From Octopus sinensis (Eukaryota), in contig NC_043011.1 of the NCBI RefSeq assembly GCF_006345805.1, positions 34,298,464 through 34,362,463 of the forward strand: 64,000 nucleotides of DNA, written 5' to 3'. The notes under the pieces were generated by a model. The model ran no database searches. It worked only from the letters and a program-made list of their open reading frames with translations, and had not been told where the DNA came from. The translations under genes and the position numbers were made by a program. Shown here piece after piece: positions 15,116 to 28,287 of the stretch; position 1 is the first letter of the stretch, and every line of letters begins with the position of its first letter.

Positions 15116-15328
15116 GATATAGATATAAATATATACATACATTCACACTGACACACAACACAAACACGATGGGCTTCTTCAGTTTTCGTCCACCAAATCC
15201 ACTCAAGGATTTGGTCAGTCCGAGGCTAGTAGAAGACACTTGCCCAGGGTGCCACACAGTGGGACTGAACCCGGAACCATGTGGTTAGGAAATAAACTTC
15301 TCACCATACAGCCACACCTGCACCAATA

Positions 15329-15377
<49 letters not shown>

Positions 15378-15407
15378 ACACAATACTTCATCGTGAAGAA
15401 TTTTTGG

Positions 15408-16199
15408 TTAATTACTACTTTAACACCCGGCCATCAAAACAAAAAAAAACCACGAAAACGAAAATTGGTAAATTTTGATAAGTGTACCCATTTACCAAAT
15501 TTGCGCTAATAAACCGAGTAGTGGGGAGAGGACTTACGGAAAATTCATAAGATCCGATTTTTTCCCCTCATAACCTTCAGGAAAATGGATATCTTTTAAT
15601 GAAATTTTATATCAATACCTTTCAAACGGCGTAGATTACGATTATGAAGAAATTTGTGGGGGAAATTTTTCCGAAGGGGTGTGGAGAGAGCTTTCGAAGA
15701 GAAAGAAATTCATAAATTATTTTTTTGCTTGAGTGCAACTGAAAAAAGTTAAAAAAAAATTTAGATGAATTTATTTTTCGTTTGAGTAATAGAAAAAGGT
15801 AAAAAAAAAAAATCCCATGTATCATGGTGAGAGAAACAAATTCATAAATACGGTGTTAAAATATGGTTTCACTATGGAAAAAAGTTAAGGGCGGTTTAGT
15901 TGTTGTTTTTAGCACATCTCCACCGTTGGGGGTAAGAAGAGCTGTATTGCATGCTCTTTATAATTGTAATCTATACCGTCTGAAAGGTATTCATATAAAG
16001 TTTCATCAAAGGATATCCATTTCCCTAAAAGTTATGAGGGAAAAATCAGATCCTGTGAATTTTCCGAAATTCCTCTCCTCACACCCTGATTCGATGGCGC
16101 AAATTTTTGTTTTCCACATCTGTTTAACTGGTTTTTTTACACTTGTTACACTTTTTTTTTGTTTTGGTGGCCGGTATTAAAGTAGTAATTAACCGAATT
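15408..16199. mobile_element. Unclassified element with long inverted arms
   Basis: TTAATTACTACTTTAACACCCGGCCATCAAAAC is inverted at GTTTTGGTGGCCGGTATTAAAGTAGTAATTAA; internal blocks 15.5-15.7 and 15.96-16.1 kb also inverted; related pieces at 10.9-11.1 and 22.7 kb. Confidence 0.55.
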
Positions 16200-16670
16200 T
16201 TGTTGTATTTAAAATCACAGTGAACAGTTTCCTTTCGATTTTGTTTTTCAGTTTTATTGAATGCATATGAATGTGTATTCGCACGCTTGAGAGACTATAT
16301 ATAACGATTCAAACTAGGGTTGACGTTTGATTAAGGAAGCACCAATAAGTTGGAATTTCCACCGTTTTGACGGGGATTTTTCAGATTTTTTTCACAGTGC
16401 GCTTTTAGCAAAAAAAAAAAAAAAAAAAAAATAATAATAAATTGAGAAAAATGTTTCCTACTCTCACCCCATTTTCCCCTCTCCGGACCAATTTTGGTCG
16501 ATTTTGTGGGCACTAGTACATACGATAATTGTTTCGGTTAAAAGATAAAAGTAAATATTTCCCGACGAAAAGGTGCATAATTCAAGGGACATTTGGCTGT
16601 TGTTTTTAATCCTCCCCCCCCCCTATTCCCTTCGCCGAACCGATTTCAGTCGACTTTGTAGGCACTACGT

Positions 16671-17164
16671 ACTCTCTCTTTTACTCTTTTACTTGTTTCA
16701 GTCATTTGACTGCGGCCATGCTGCAGCACCGCCTTTAGTCGAGCAAATCGACCCCGGGACTTATTCTTTGTAAGCCCAGTACTTATTCTATCGGTCTCTT
16801 TTGCCGAACCGCTAAGTGACGGGGACGTAAACACACCAGAATCGGTTGTCAAGCAATGCTAGGGGGACAAACACAGACACACAAACATACACACAAATAC
16901 ATATATATATACGGCGATGTTTCGCATGTCGACGGAAAACTTGTGCTACGACAACCGAAACGTTGCCATATGGCGATGTGTTGCCATATATACATATATA
17001 CGACGGGCTTCTTTCAGTTTCCTTCTACCAAATCCACTCACAAGGCATTGGTCGGCCCGAGGCTATAGTAGAAGACACTTGCCCAAGATGCCACGCAGTG
17101 GGACTGAACCCGGAACCATGTGGTTAGTAAGCAAGCTACTTACCACACAGCCACTCCTGCGCCT
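16671..17164 (-). mobile_element. SINE family 1
   Basis: Full-length; possible TSD CTACG. Confidence 0.9.
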
Positions 17165-17968
17165 ACGATGATTTTTTTGGCAAATTTTTTCGGTAGTAAA
17201 AAAAAACGTAATTTTTTTTTTTTTTACCGAAGAGGCTTCTGTAGTTTTTAAGCGCGTAGTGCCCCCACTCCCAAATTATCGCCATAAAATTGATCAAAAT
17301 CGTTCCGGAGAGGAGAAGACTGGGTGGATGGGGGAAGTAAAAAACCAAACATCATTTTTTCGCAATTTTTTTTCTTTTTCGCTATGAAGATAGTCCAGAG
17401 CATTTCAAAGGGCACTGTGAAAAGGAAATCCGAAAAATCCCCGTCAAAACGGAGAAATTTCAACTTGTTGGTGCTTCCAAAGTCCGCACAAGACGGTTGC
17501 TTTTCTCCTCACTCAAAACTAACCTGACCTGATGTTACGCAACAAAGCACCCAGCATGTTTCCCCAACCCCGTTATAATACTATGCGTTACGCTTGAGCG
17601 AGAATAACACTGCACACTCAGATACGTTGTTACGAATCGTATGACATATTACAGTGTAGACATTATGTACATGTTGCACTCAGTTCAGACACAGTTAAGT
17701 CTATTTCTGCACGTACGTAGAGGTTGTCTCAACGGTAGCAGACAAGATGGACTTAGTTAAGTCAGAAAGGCGACAGCTGATCTTCCTTTGTAGTTTATTG
17801 TTAGTTGTCTGTGTTGGGGAGCTAATTAAGTGTTTGATGTTGTGGCTATTTTCTGACGGTGCATGTCTGTTTGTGTGTGTGAATGTATGTATTTGTGTGT
17901 GTGTGTGTGTGTATCGTGTGTATGCGAATGTGTGTATAGTATGTGCGCGTTGTTCCTTCTCGAGTCAC

Positions 17969-18260
17969 GCCTGGCTCATAGTGGCCGGTTTCCCGGTTTC
18001 CTCGGCGTATAGGTTCCCCACCTGGACGGGACGCCGGTCCATCGCAGGTGAGCTGCAAGATGCAGGAGGAAAGAGTGAGAGAAAGTTGTGGCGAAAGAGT
18101 CAGCAGAAGTTTCGCCATTACCTTCAGCCGTAGCCGCGTGAAGCTTAGGTGTTTCGCTCATACACACACACACACACACACATCGCCCGGTCTGAGATTC
18201 GAACACGCGATCCCTGGACCGCGAGTCCGCTGCTCTAACTACTAGGCCATGTGCCTCCAC
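17969..18260 (-). mobile_element. tRNA-derived SINE family 3, tail variant with V-domain-like segment
   Basis: Head GTGGAGGCACATGGCCTAGTAGTTAGAGCAGCGGACTCGCGG shared with 63250; 3' part contains CTGGACGGGACGCCGGTCCATCGCAGG. Confidence 0.75.
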
Positions 18261-19545
18261 ATGTGCGTGTGTGGTGTATGAAAATGTGTATGTGTGCTGT
18301 ATACATGCAATTGTGAATGCGAATGTGTATGTATAGTGTATATGCAAATTCTAGTGTGTGTGTGTGCGTGTATGCAGATGCGTGTTTGTATGGGATGTAT
18401 GCAAATGTGCGCGCGCGTGTGCGTGTAACTGCTTCGAATTCTGACTTTGCTTTCGCGTAACTGTGTTTAATAATTAATAATGCTTTCTGTGAACGTGTGT
18501 GCGTGTGTATGCGCGCGTGCGTGAAGCGGGCGCATGTGTGTATCTAAAATTGTGCAAGGATATCTTTTCCAAGCTGTAAATTATGACCACCTTATATCTT
18601 TTCCTTGTTTAAGTCACTGGATTACGACCATGCTAGAGTTTATTAGTCGAACAATTCTACCCCAGAACTTTTTTTTTTTAAGGCCTGGTACTTATCTATC
18701 GGTCTCTATTTGCCGAACTGTTAGTTTACTGGCGACGTAAACAAACCAGCACGGCTGTCAGGCGTGTGGGGTTGGGAACTAACTGAAACACAAATGCGCG
18801 CTCACACACACACCTACCTACCTACCAACCAACCAACCAAACGCTCGCGCGCGCGGCGGACTTTCTTAAATTTCAGCGCACAAGTCTTTGGTCGGCCCGA
18901 AATTGTAGAAGACACGTATCTTCTATAAGGTGTCTACAGTGTGACTTGAACCCGGAACCATGTGGTTAAGAAGCAAACGTCTTACCACACATCCACACCT
19001 ACGGCTATGTATATGATTTTCTTGTTTTTAAAATGTCATCATCATCGCTAACTTCAAAATTTCGGGCGACAGAGGAGGCCTTAAACTGTAGTTATGCTTT
19101 CTATCTATAGGGCGCTATAGTAGCAGTTGTCCGAATGTCCACATACACGTTGATCAAAAGCATTCAAGCAGTGGTTTTTTTTGTTTTCTTTTTCTTTTGT
19201 AAATTTATTTATTTCAGTCATTGGACTGTGGTCATGGTGGTGCACCGTGTGGAAGGGGTCTGGGCAAGACTTCCACCCCCACCCCCAAAATAACCCTAAA
19301 AAGAATTTTTTTTTTGACACAAACCCCACTTTTAGGCTACGGGGAATACGAATCTGCAAAAAAATTGGCGAAAACCGACATTTCTAAATTAACACCCCCC
19401 CCCCATTTCCTTCATTTTTCACTTTTTCCAAAAATACGGAGATTATGATTATTATTATTATTTTATTTTATTATTTTATTTAGTTTGAGCTCACTAGCTG
19501 TGGGCATGCTGGGGCACCGCCATTTGAAAAAAAAATTGATTCTGA

Positions 19546-20176
19546 AAAAAATTTTCAAAAGTTTTTGTAAATATTCTTTTTAAGAATTTTTTTTTCTAAA
19601 TACGGATATTATGATTCGGACAAAAATTTCAAACATTTCTGTACTTATGGTTAGGGTTTTAGGGTTAGGGTTTTAAGGTTAGGATTAAGGTTTTAGGGTT
19701 AGAGGGATAGGGTTACGGTTTTAGGGTTAGGGTTAAGGTTTTAGGATTAGTGTTGGGGAAAACAGTCAAAATTGAAGAAGTTGGGGGAGGGGTTACCGAA
19801 TTTTGGCAATTTTCCGGAACCTCCGTATCCGAAAACGGGGATTTTTGGCAAAAAAAAAAAAAAATTTTCAAAAGTTTTTGTAAATATTCTTTTTAAGAAT
19901 TTTTTTTTCTAAATACGGATATTATGATTCGGACAAAAATTTCAAACATTTCTGTACTTATGGTTAGGGTTTTAGGGTTAGGGTTTTAAGGTTAGGATTA
20001 AGGTTTTAGGGTTAGAGGGATAGGGTTACGGTTTTAGGGTTAGGGTTAAGGTTTTAGGATTAGTGTTGGGGAAAACAGTCAAAATTGAAGAAGTTGGGGG
20101 GGGGTTACCGAATTTTGGCAATTTTCCGGAACCTCCGTATCCGAAAACGGGGATTTTTGGCAAAAAAAAAAAAAAA
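19546..20176. repeat. Tandem duplication, 313-bp period, each unit with ~100 bp of degenerate (TTAGGG)n
   Basis: Units start near 19552 and 19865; near-identical. Confidence 0.9.
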
Positions 20177-21269
20177 ATTTCAAAAATAAACATTTGGGGG
20201 GAAATGGAGGAGTCTGTCAAACATCTAGAAGCCAGTACTTATTCTGAAGTCTGTTATTTATTCTATCAATTTGTTCAGCCGAACAGCTGTTACTGGGATG
20301 TAAAAACCAACGCCGGTTGTCCAAGCAGTAGTGGTGGACAAACACAAACATACAGAAACGCGCGCGCGCTCACACATACATTGATGGGCTTCCACACAGT
20401 TTCAGTCTAACAAATTTAGAAAGCATTTGTCATCGCCAGGCTAACCTTTGCCCAAACTGCTGCGCAATGGGACTGAACTCAAAACCACGTGGTTACAAAG
20501 CAACTTCCCTAGTTACACCCATGCCTGATTACACCATACTTTTTCTTTTTTCTTTCTCCGGTTCACAGATAAACAATATCCGAAGTGTCCCTTCTTTTAA
20601 AAGATGGTAGATAGGGTGTGATTCGAATGGAATTTCATTGGTCTTTCTAGCATGTCGGTATTTTTCGTTTCTAATTAGTTTTGTAACTAATTGATCAACT
20701 GATTCCCCATATTTTCATTTACATTTATTGTATACCAATGAGGCATTGCTTGGATCAAATTGTGGCTTTCGAGGGTTGCGGGTCTATGGGCAGTGCGGTT
20801 CATAGTCCAGAATTTCCAGTACACGAATATGTGTCATTTTTTTTCCATGTTGGTTTATAGGGGACAGCGAATCCTCGAAAAAACTATAAAAACAAAATTT
20901 TTGAGAAAACCACTGATCTAACAGCTGGATACTTTGATGAAAAAAAAAAAGAAAATCAGCGGGTTTTTCAATTTCTGGTCGTCCCCCAGCGTCGTTGAGC
21001 TACGGAGAGGAAAGCTGTTCTGTCAGAAAAATAAATGTAGTTTTGTGCGTGTTTTACTAAGGTGCAGGTATAGCCGTGCGGTTACGAAGTTCGCTTCGCT
21101 GCCACGTGGTTTCGGTTTCGGTTTCGACCCCCCCCCTCTCCTGTGTACGGCATATTGAGCAATCATCTACAATATATCCCGGGGCCGACCAAGTAATGCC
21201 GTTGTTTTCGTCCATGGGATTGTTGTTCTTGGACATAAGTTGACTTTCCAAGATCGTGAATTATACGCA

Positions 21270-21695
21270 GACGGCGAGCTGGCAGATACGTTAGCACGTC
21301 GAGCGAAATGCTTAGCGGTATTTCGTCTGCCGTTACGTTCTGAGTTCAAATTCCGCCGAGGTCGACTTTGCCTTTCATCCTTTCGGGGTCGATAAATTAA
21401 GTACCAGTTACGCATTGGGGTCGATGTAATCGACTTAATACCTATGTCTGTCCTTGTTTGTCCCCTCTGTGTGTAGCCCCTTGTGGGCAGTAAAGAAATA
21501 AGAAACGTTAGCACACCGGGCGAAATGCTTAGTAGTATTTCGTCTGTCATTACGTTCTGAGTTCAAATTCCGCCGAGGTCGACTTTGCTTTTCATCCTGT
21601 CGGGATCGATAAATTAAGTACCAGTTGCGTACTGGGGTCGATCTATTCGACTGCCCTCCCCACTCCCCAAAATTTCAGGCTTTGTGCCTTGAGTA
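21270..21695 (+). mobile_element. SINE family 2 with partial tandem re-start
   Basis: Same head and core as 4856; the head-core block repeats from ~21505. Confidence 0.85.
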
Positions 21696-21711
21696 GAAAA
21701 GAATTATACAC

Positions 21712-22251
21712 TAAACTATCAGTATCGCCCGGCGTTGCTCGGGTTTGTAAGGGAAATAACTATATAAGCATTTTTAGAGAGTTACTTCCCTTATAGATGC
21801 TAATTCGGGCTTTCTTAGCCATTTCTGTTTTGGTGTCTTCAAGCCATGAAGTCGTTGTTCTAAAAGAACGCTGGTCTCCTTGACCACGCTTTACGACGTT
21901 GATTTCCTTACACTCCCTTCCCCACAGCTTCACGAGGAGGGAAGAAGGGGGAGAAGCAACACAGGTGCAGGTGTGACCATGGACGCCAACTCCGCCGCCA
22001 CAGACACACGAAAAATTATGCATTAAAATGGAATAAAAAATTATGTTAAATTATTTTTTAAACCGTAGACTCATCGTAGACTCATCGTAGACTCATCGTA
22101 GACGCGCGCTAATACTCAGACGGGCTCGATATGAATCACGACTATAAGATACCCGAATTTAGTTAAACTGCACCGCAAAATGTGGGAGTAGTTAGGAATC
22201 TAAATCGAAGGGGACAGACACTCACACAACTACAGTTTTATATATATAGAT
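21712..22251 (+). mobile_element. Non-autonomous Helitron/Helentron-like element
   Basis: 5' ACTA..CGCCCGGCGTTGCTCGGG hairpin-like start and 3' TTTTATATATATAGAT end; internal 3x CGTAGACTCAT. Confidence 0.55.
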
Positions 22252-23131
22252 TTTCCTATTACGTCAGTTGTTTGAAGGAATGAGGCCGAAGAAAAATCAT
22301 GGCTTACGTTTACAGGTTCACTAAAAGATGATATGTGAGCATGGCGGTGTTTTTATATTACAGCCGTAAACTCAACAAAAGAATAATGCACAATGAAAAC
22401 TGGAAACTAGTCTGACGAATACACACAATACAAATCGTTGAAGTAAACGATAACATGCGAAAGCTTTTATTTCTTTGCCAGCAACTTTCAATGGCTAGCT
22501 TTCTGTACGACGAAATAATAGTGATATATAATGAACTCACTGTCCACGGAGCTCATAATATTTGTTTTAAATCCAAACTAAGAAACTAAATAATGAAAGT
22601 ATACCGACCTACACAATTGTCATCCCACCCCACCGCCTGCCCTACCCACGCGCCGATTTTGCTTTCTCGTAACTTTCAGAAAAAATGCATATTTTTAAAT
22701 AAAATTTTCTTTCTACCCAATATTTTTCAGCGGGTGTAGATTCCGATTATATAGGAATTTGTTATGCAAAATAAAAATTAAAAAATCATACCATTGTAGA
22801 CGAAAACTGTTTTTGCACGTGTCTAAGAGGATAACTCTCTTCCGGGACCATATCCACAGCGAAAGGTTTTTCTCACGTCCGAGTGCATTCGAATATGTTG
22901 AATTTGACATGTATGGGTGTAGTGTATGTGTGTGTATACATATACACATACATACATATATACACACAGACATATGTATATGTACACATACATACATATA
23001 TATGCATTCATGCAAATGCATACATAAATACATACATACACACATACATCATACATACATACATAAATACACACACACACATACACACATACACACATAC
23101 ATACATACATACATACATACATACATACATA

Positions 23132-24810
23132 CAACCCCTAACCTTAATCCTAACTAACCCTAATTCTAACCCTAAATCTAAAATAGATTGAAATGCAAAT
23201 AGATCGATGCTAGGGCCATAATTATGGGTGACATTTTCATTTGACACCGCTAGAAAAAAATCCCATTTTCCGTAGCGGTGTCAAATGAAATTGTCACCCA
23301 TAATTATAACCCTAGTATCGATCTATTGCATTTCAATCTATCTATTTTAGATTTAGGGTTAGAGTTAGGGTTAGTTAGGGTTAGGGGTTGGGGAAGGGTA
23401 TCTTTTTTTTCTTCACAAATGTAAATAAACCCAATCTGTTTCTTAAAGGAGGGATATATCCATTATACACAGAATGTTATTTACCTAAATGGAGGTCAGC
23501 GATTGGTTAAAATTTCCGAAATGCTCGAAATTAAAGACGAAATATGTTACAACATATAGAATTTTTTCAATAAAGCCAAGAAAAAATGATGTTTTATAAA
23601 CACATCCTACCAGTATACGAAGTTTAAAAGTGTTTAGTTAACTAGAAATTGTGTTGAAAAGTGCCGTTCAAAAGGAAAAGATCCTGGGTTTATTTACATT
23701 TCTGAAGAAAAAAAAAAAGAGATACCGTTCCCCCCACCCCTAACCCTAAAACAGATTGAAATGCAATAGATCGATACTAGGGTTATAATTATGGGTGACA
23801 ATTTCATATGACACCGCTAGAAAAAACTGCCGTTCAAACCGAAAAGATCCTAATAGCTTATCTCGCGAAGGTTTACCAAGATTTGTATTCTTTATTATAA
23901 CATTATCTTTACTACCTTAGCTGATCAACTGCTTCTCTAGTTGTTGAACCGTCACCACATTACGCGCGCATGCGTGTTGACGTTTTACACTTGAATCAAT
24001 ACAAAATACTTAGTTTTTATCTGTGCATTAATTCCCCGAAAATCTGTATGTTATAAAACAGGTGTTATTTGTATAAGTGGGAAGAAACTTTGGAATATTT
24101 CCACTCCAATGGGTTGCCCTGAACCTCACCCTTTTTTTATCTCGAGGCCCTGAAAATCTCATTCGAGAAATGGGGAGATGTGAATTATCCTTTTGTATAG
24201 AAGTTATGAGAATCTTTCTTCGGTAGCTTCGTTTCCCACGCAGTTATCGGTCTGTTCGTCTGTTGCATGCATGCATGTATGTATGTATGTAGGTATGTAG
24301 GTATGTATGTAGGTAGGTACGTACGTGTGTATTTACGTATGATACTATTTGTCCCCCGTCCTCCTTTTGATAGACTTTTTAATTCTCCCTTTCCTGTCCA
24401 CGCATGTACCTTTGTTTATTTATGCTTGTATATGTGTATAATGTGGTTGCAAATATATACTCATATACATATTTGTAAGATATTTGTGCTTGTTTTTTCT
24501 TCAATTTCTGCAATTTCAACCAATCAATGACGTCTATTGAGGTGAAAACATTCTGTGCCGTATGAATATCTCCCTCGTTTAAGAAACAGATTGGGTTTAG
24601 GATCTTTTCCTTTTGAACGGCACTTTGTAACATAATTTCTAGGTAACTTATAAGTTTTAAACTTCGTATACTTGGTAGAATGTGTTTATAAAACATCATT
24701 TTCTCTTGGCTTTATTGAGAAAATTCTATAGGTTGTAAGATATTTCGTCTTTAATTTCAAGCATTTCGGCAATTTTAACCAATCGCTGACCTCCATTTAG
24801 GTAAATATAC
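23132..24810. mobile_element. Rearranged Merlin-MITE family A complex (fold-back plus permuted segment)
   Basis: Hairpin arms 23132-23252 / 23273-23390; right ends at 23684 and 24600 face each other; TGGGTTTA at 23685-23692 and 24592-24599. Confidence 0.85.
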
Positions 24811-24831
24811 ATATAAACGTGTGTATGTTTG

Positions 24832-25257
24832 TACGTGGTCTGATCAATAAGTATCCGGACTGTTGCCATAGTAACGAAGCTGAAGTATGTAGAGTGAAGC
24901 TGCTTGGGACGGATTGACTTGAAACTCTTCTGTCATGCGCACTAAGTTTTAGCATTCTAGTTCACTTCCACTGTTTACAGCAGTACTTGGAAGGAAGGTG
25001 TGTAGCGTGTGATTGTCGCATTGACCATAACAGAGAAAGTTGAGCAGAGAATCTATTCTTTTACTTGTTTCAGTCATTTGACTGTAGCCATGCTGGAGCA
25101 CCGCTTTTTAGTCGAGCTAATCGACTCCAGGACTTATTCTTTGTAAGCCTAGTACTTATTCTATCGGTCTCTTTTGCCGAACCGCTAAGTTACAGAGATG
25201 TAAACACACCAGCATCGGTTGTCAAGCGATGTTGTGGGGACAAACACAGACACAGAA

Positions 25258-25314
<57 letters not shown>

Positions 25315-26163
25315 TACATACATACATATATATATATATAAGACGGGCTTCTTTCAGTTTCCGTCTACCAAATCCACACACAGGGCTTTGATCGGCCCGA
25401 GGCTATAGTAGAAGACACTTGCCCAAGGTGCCACGCAGTGGGACTGAACCTGGAACCATGTGATTCGTAAGCAAGCTACTTATCATACACCCACTCCTGC
25501 ATCAATTTTTTTCAAAAGCTTGGCGATACCTGCTCAGAGGCCTACGCAAAATTTTCAAACAGTTTTCATCGTCCTCGGCACAATCAAAGAGATCTTGTGC
25601 AACTGAAACCCGAGTGTCTTTTTGGTCAGCTGAAAGCAGTTTTGGCACAAACTTGGCAGACGCGTTTCATACCCAAATCTTCAGTGATAATATACTGAAC
25701 TAAACCGTAACTAATCTGATAGCTCACAGATGGTGATTCGAGGATTTCCCCTCACAGCAGCTCGTACATCTGCAATGTTTTTCTCAGTTCTATTGGTTGC
25801 GAGTCTCCGAGAACGTTTATCAATATCGAGATTTTTTTCGACCATCTTGGAAATGTCTGAACTACTCATACACTTGTCTGCGGCTCAAACACTCTTCTCC
25901 GTGCACTTTGTGCAACTTTGCGTAGGTCTCTGAGCAGGTATCGCCATGACAACTTTCTCTTTCATAGTCAATACGACAATCACACGCTACACACCTTCCT
26001 TCCAAGCACTGCTGTAAAGAACGGAATTGAGGTAGAACGTTCGAACTTAGTGCGCATGCACGACAGAGTTCAAGGTCAATCTGTGCTAAGCTGCTTCATA
26101 CATTTTGCGTACTTTAGCTTGGTTACTATGACAACAGTCCGGATACTTATTGATCAGACCGAT
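24832..26163. mobile_element. Fold-back mariner made of two left ends; N-terminal transposase remnant on the minus strand (~25555-25960)
   Basis: TIR GGTCTGATCAATAAGTATCCGGACTG at both ends, inverted; minus frames read LGDTCSETYAKLHKV..VYE*FRHFQDGR and, after frameshifts, KFVPKLLSADQK. Confidence 0.85.
25055..25500 (-). mobile_element. SINE family 1 inserted in the mariner arm
   Basis: Full-length; interrupts GAGAATCT/GCATC of the mariner 5' coding region. Confidence 0.9.
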
Positions 26164-28287
26164 TGTGTATGTATGTGTGTGTGTAAAGTATGTAATGCAG
26201 TATGTGATGCATGTGTGAATATGTATTCATTTATTCTTTTATTTAAGTCCTTAGACTGCGGCCATGCTGGGACACCGCCTTGAAGAATTTTTGTCGGGCG
26301 AATGCTGCCTTATGCCGAACTGCTAATTTATGGGCCGAACCGCTATGTATGTATGTATGTATGTATGTATGTATGTATGTATGTATTCAGCCCATCCCAT
26401 CCCATACCGCATTCCATATTGAATATAAATTTATTAAAATTTCGGAATTCTCCTTCCCTACAATTTTACTTTCTTTTTCCAGAATTTAATTAAGCTAATG
26501 ATTTCTTTTCTGAACGGCAACATTGAAATTTTAATTGTTCAAAATGACATTTTTTGGTATCTTAGCGTCCAGTTTACCATTAAAAGGCTTTTACGATAAT
26601 AGTAATAACAACAACGGAATTGATTATATGATCCCATTTCATTTGGTTAAAAAATATAATTGAAAAATATAACTAACAATAAAGATAGTGACAATCATTT
26701 ACCCGCTCAAACTTCCCTCGTGACATCGATAAAGATCCTAGGCTGAAAAAGAGAGTGAACGATATCGCATCTCCATACCGACACTCTGTGTACCAATATC
26801 GAAGGATCGCCATGGCAAATCTTTCGGTCAAAGTCTATGATGTCATGAATGAGTGTGTGACATTGTGTTTCATCTGCTTGACGAAGCTGTACAGTCAAAC
26901 ACACACTCGTACCCAAAGTTACTCATGACTGACGTCATATTCTTATAACGAAACATTGTCGCATTGACTGTTACTTTTAGTTTCCTTGAAGCAAGAGTCT
27001 CCGAACAGTTTCTACCTCCATCTTGTCAGTCATCTCCCTCTTTCTCATTTTCTTCCTTTCCCTATATATGTAAACAGATATACAGACATATACCCAGAGT
27101 TAATGTTTATCGCCACCTAAACGTGGGTGTTCTATAAGAACAGATGATACTGCTATTTTAACTCCAGGAGGACGCCTCCTATAGCTGGTTATTCAGCGCG
27201 CTTCGCACTCGATATATACTGCAAGCGGGGAGAGAACTCCCTATTATCCTAGCTCGGAGACCACCATATCACGTGGTTTCGATCTTATTTAATCATCCTC
27301 AGTGATGGATACTCACTTTTACCTTTCACCTGTTTTAGCCATTGGACTGTGACTATGCTGGAGCATCGCCTTGTAGAATTTTAGTCGAACAAATCTACCC
27401 CAGTGCTTATTATTTTTAAAGTCTGGCACTTCTTATTTCATCGATCTCTTTGCCGAATCTCTAAGTAATGGGGACGTAAACAAAGCAACACCGGTTGTCA
27501 ATGGCTTGGATGTCAAATACAATGACACTTGCTCACACATACGCACTCATATATGTTCAACGATATTCCACACAGTTTCCGTCTACCAAATTCACTCCCA
27601 AGGTATTGTTCCGCTCTGCTCGGGGCTGAACCCGAAACCATGCGGTTGCAAAACGATCTTCTTTATCACGTCCTTGTGTAGTCCTGTTAGGAGAACAACT
27701 TCTCATTCAGACAGACATGTATTAAACACACGATTGTTCTATATTTGTATCATTCTTTTTTTTACTATTATATATTGTATAAAAAATGTTCATATGTGTG
27801 TTAATGTGTTTCTTTATTACTCTATATTCCTCTGGTCTTATTCTTCATTGCTGCCTTTCCCTCTGTCCTCCCCACTCTCTTTCACACACACACACACATT
27901 CATTTTCCCTATCCCTGTCTGCTTGTCCCTACCTCTTTCTGTATTCGTCTCTTTTTTCTTTCGGTCTTTCCCTCTCTTCCCTCTCTCAAGCCTTTCGTTT
28001 AAGTCTTTGTTTCTCTCCCCCACACTTTTTTATTTTTTAATTATGCTAACATAATTTACGAAATTTCTCCCACCTTTTCATCTTCACAGAAAAACTAGTA
28101 GCAACAACAAAAACCCACAGCAACAACAGCGATATCAATAACTTACATATTCTATGCCCACAGCCATTCTAGAGAACATTCTTCCCGTTCATTCCCACAA
28201 ATTATACCCTACATGTTGTCAAACAAGTTTAAACACCACGTTGGTTCCTCTGGAATTATTCTCCCAAGTTACATTAACTTACAAACC

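Larger units (their letters stand above)
13600..15375. repeat. Tandem duplication, ~905-bp period, near-identical
   Basis: TATCACATCGAAGG at 13616 and 14521; each unit carries a mariner MITE and the 5' part of a SINE. Confidence 0.95.
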
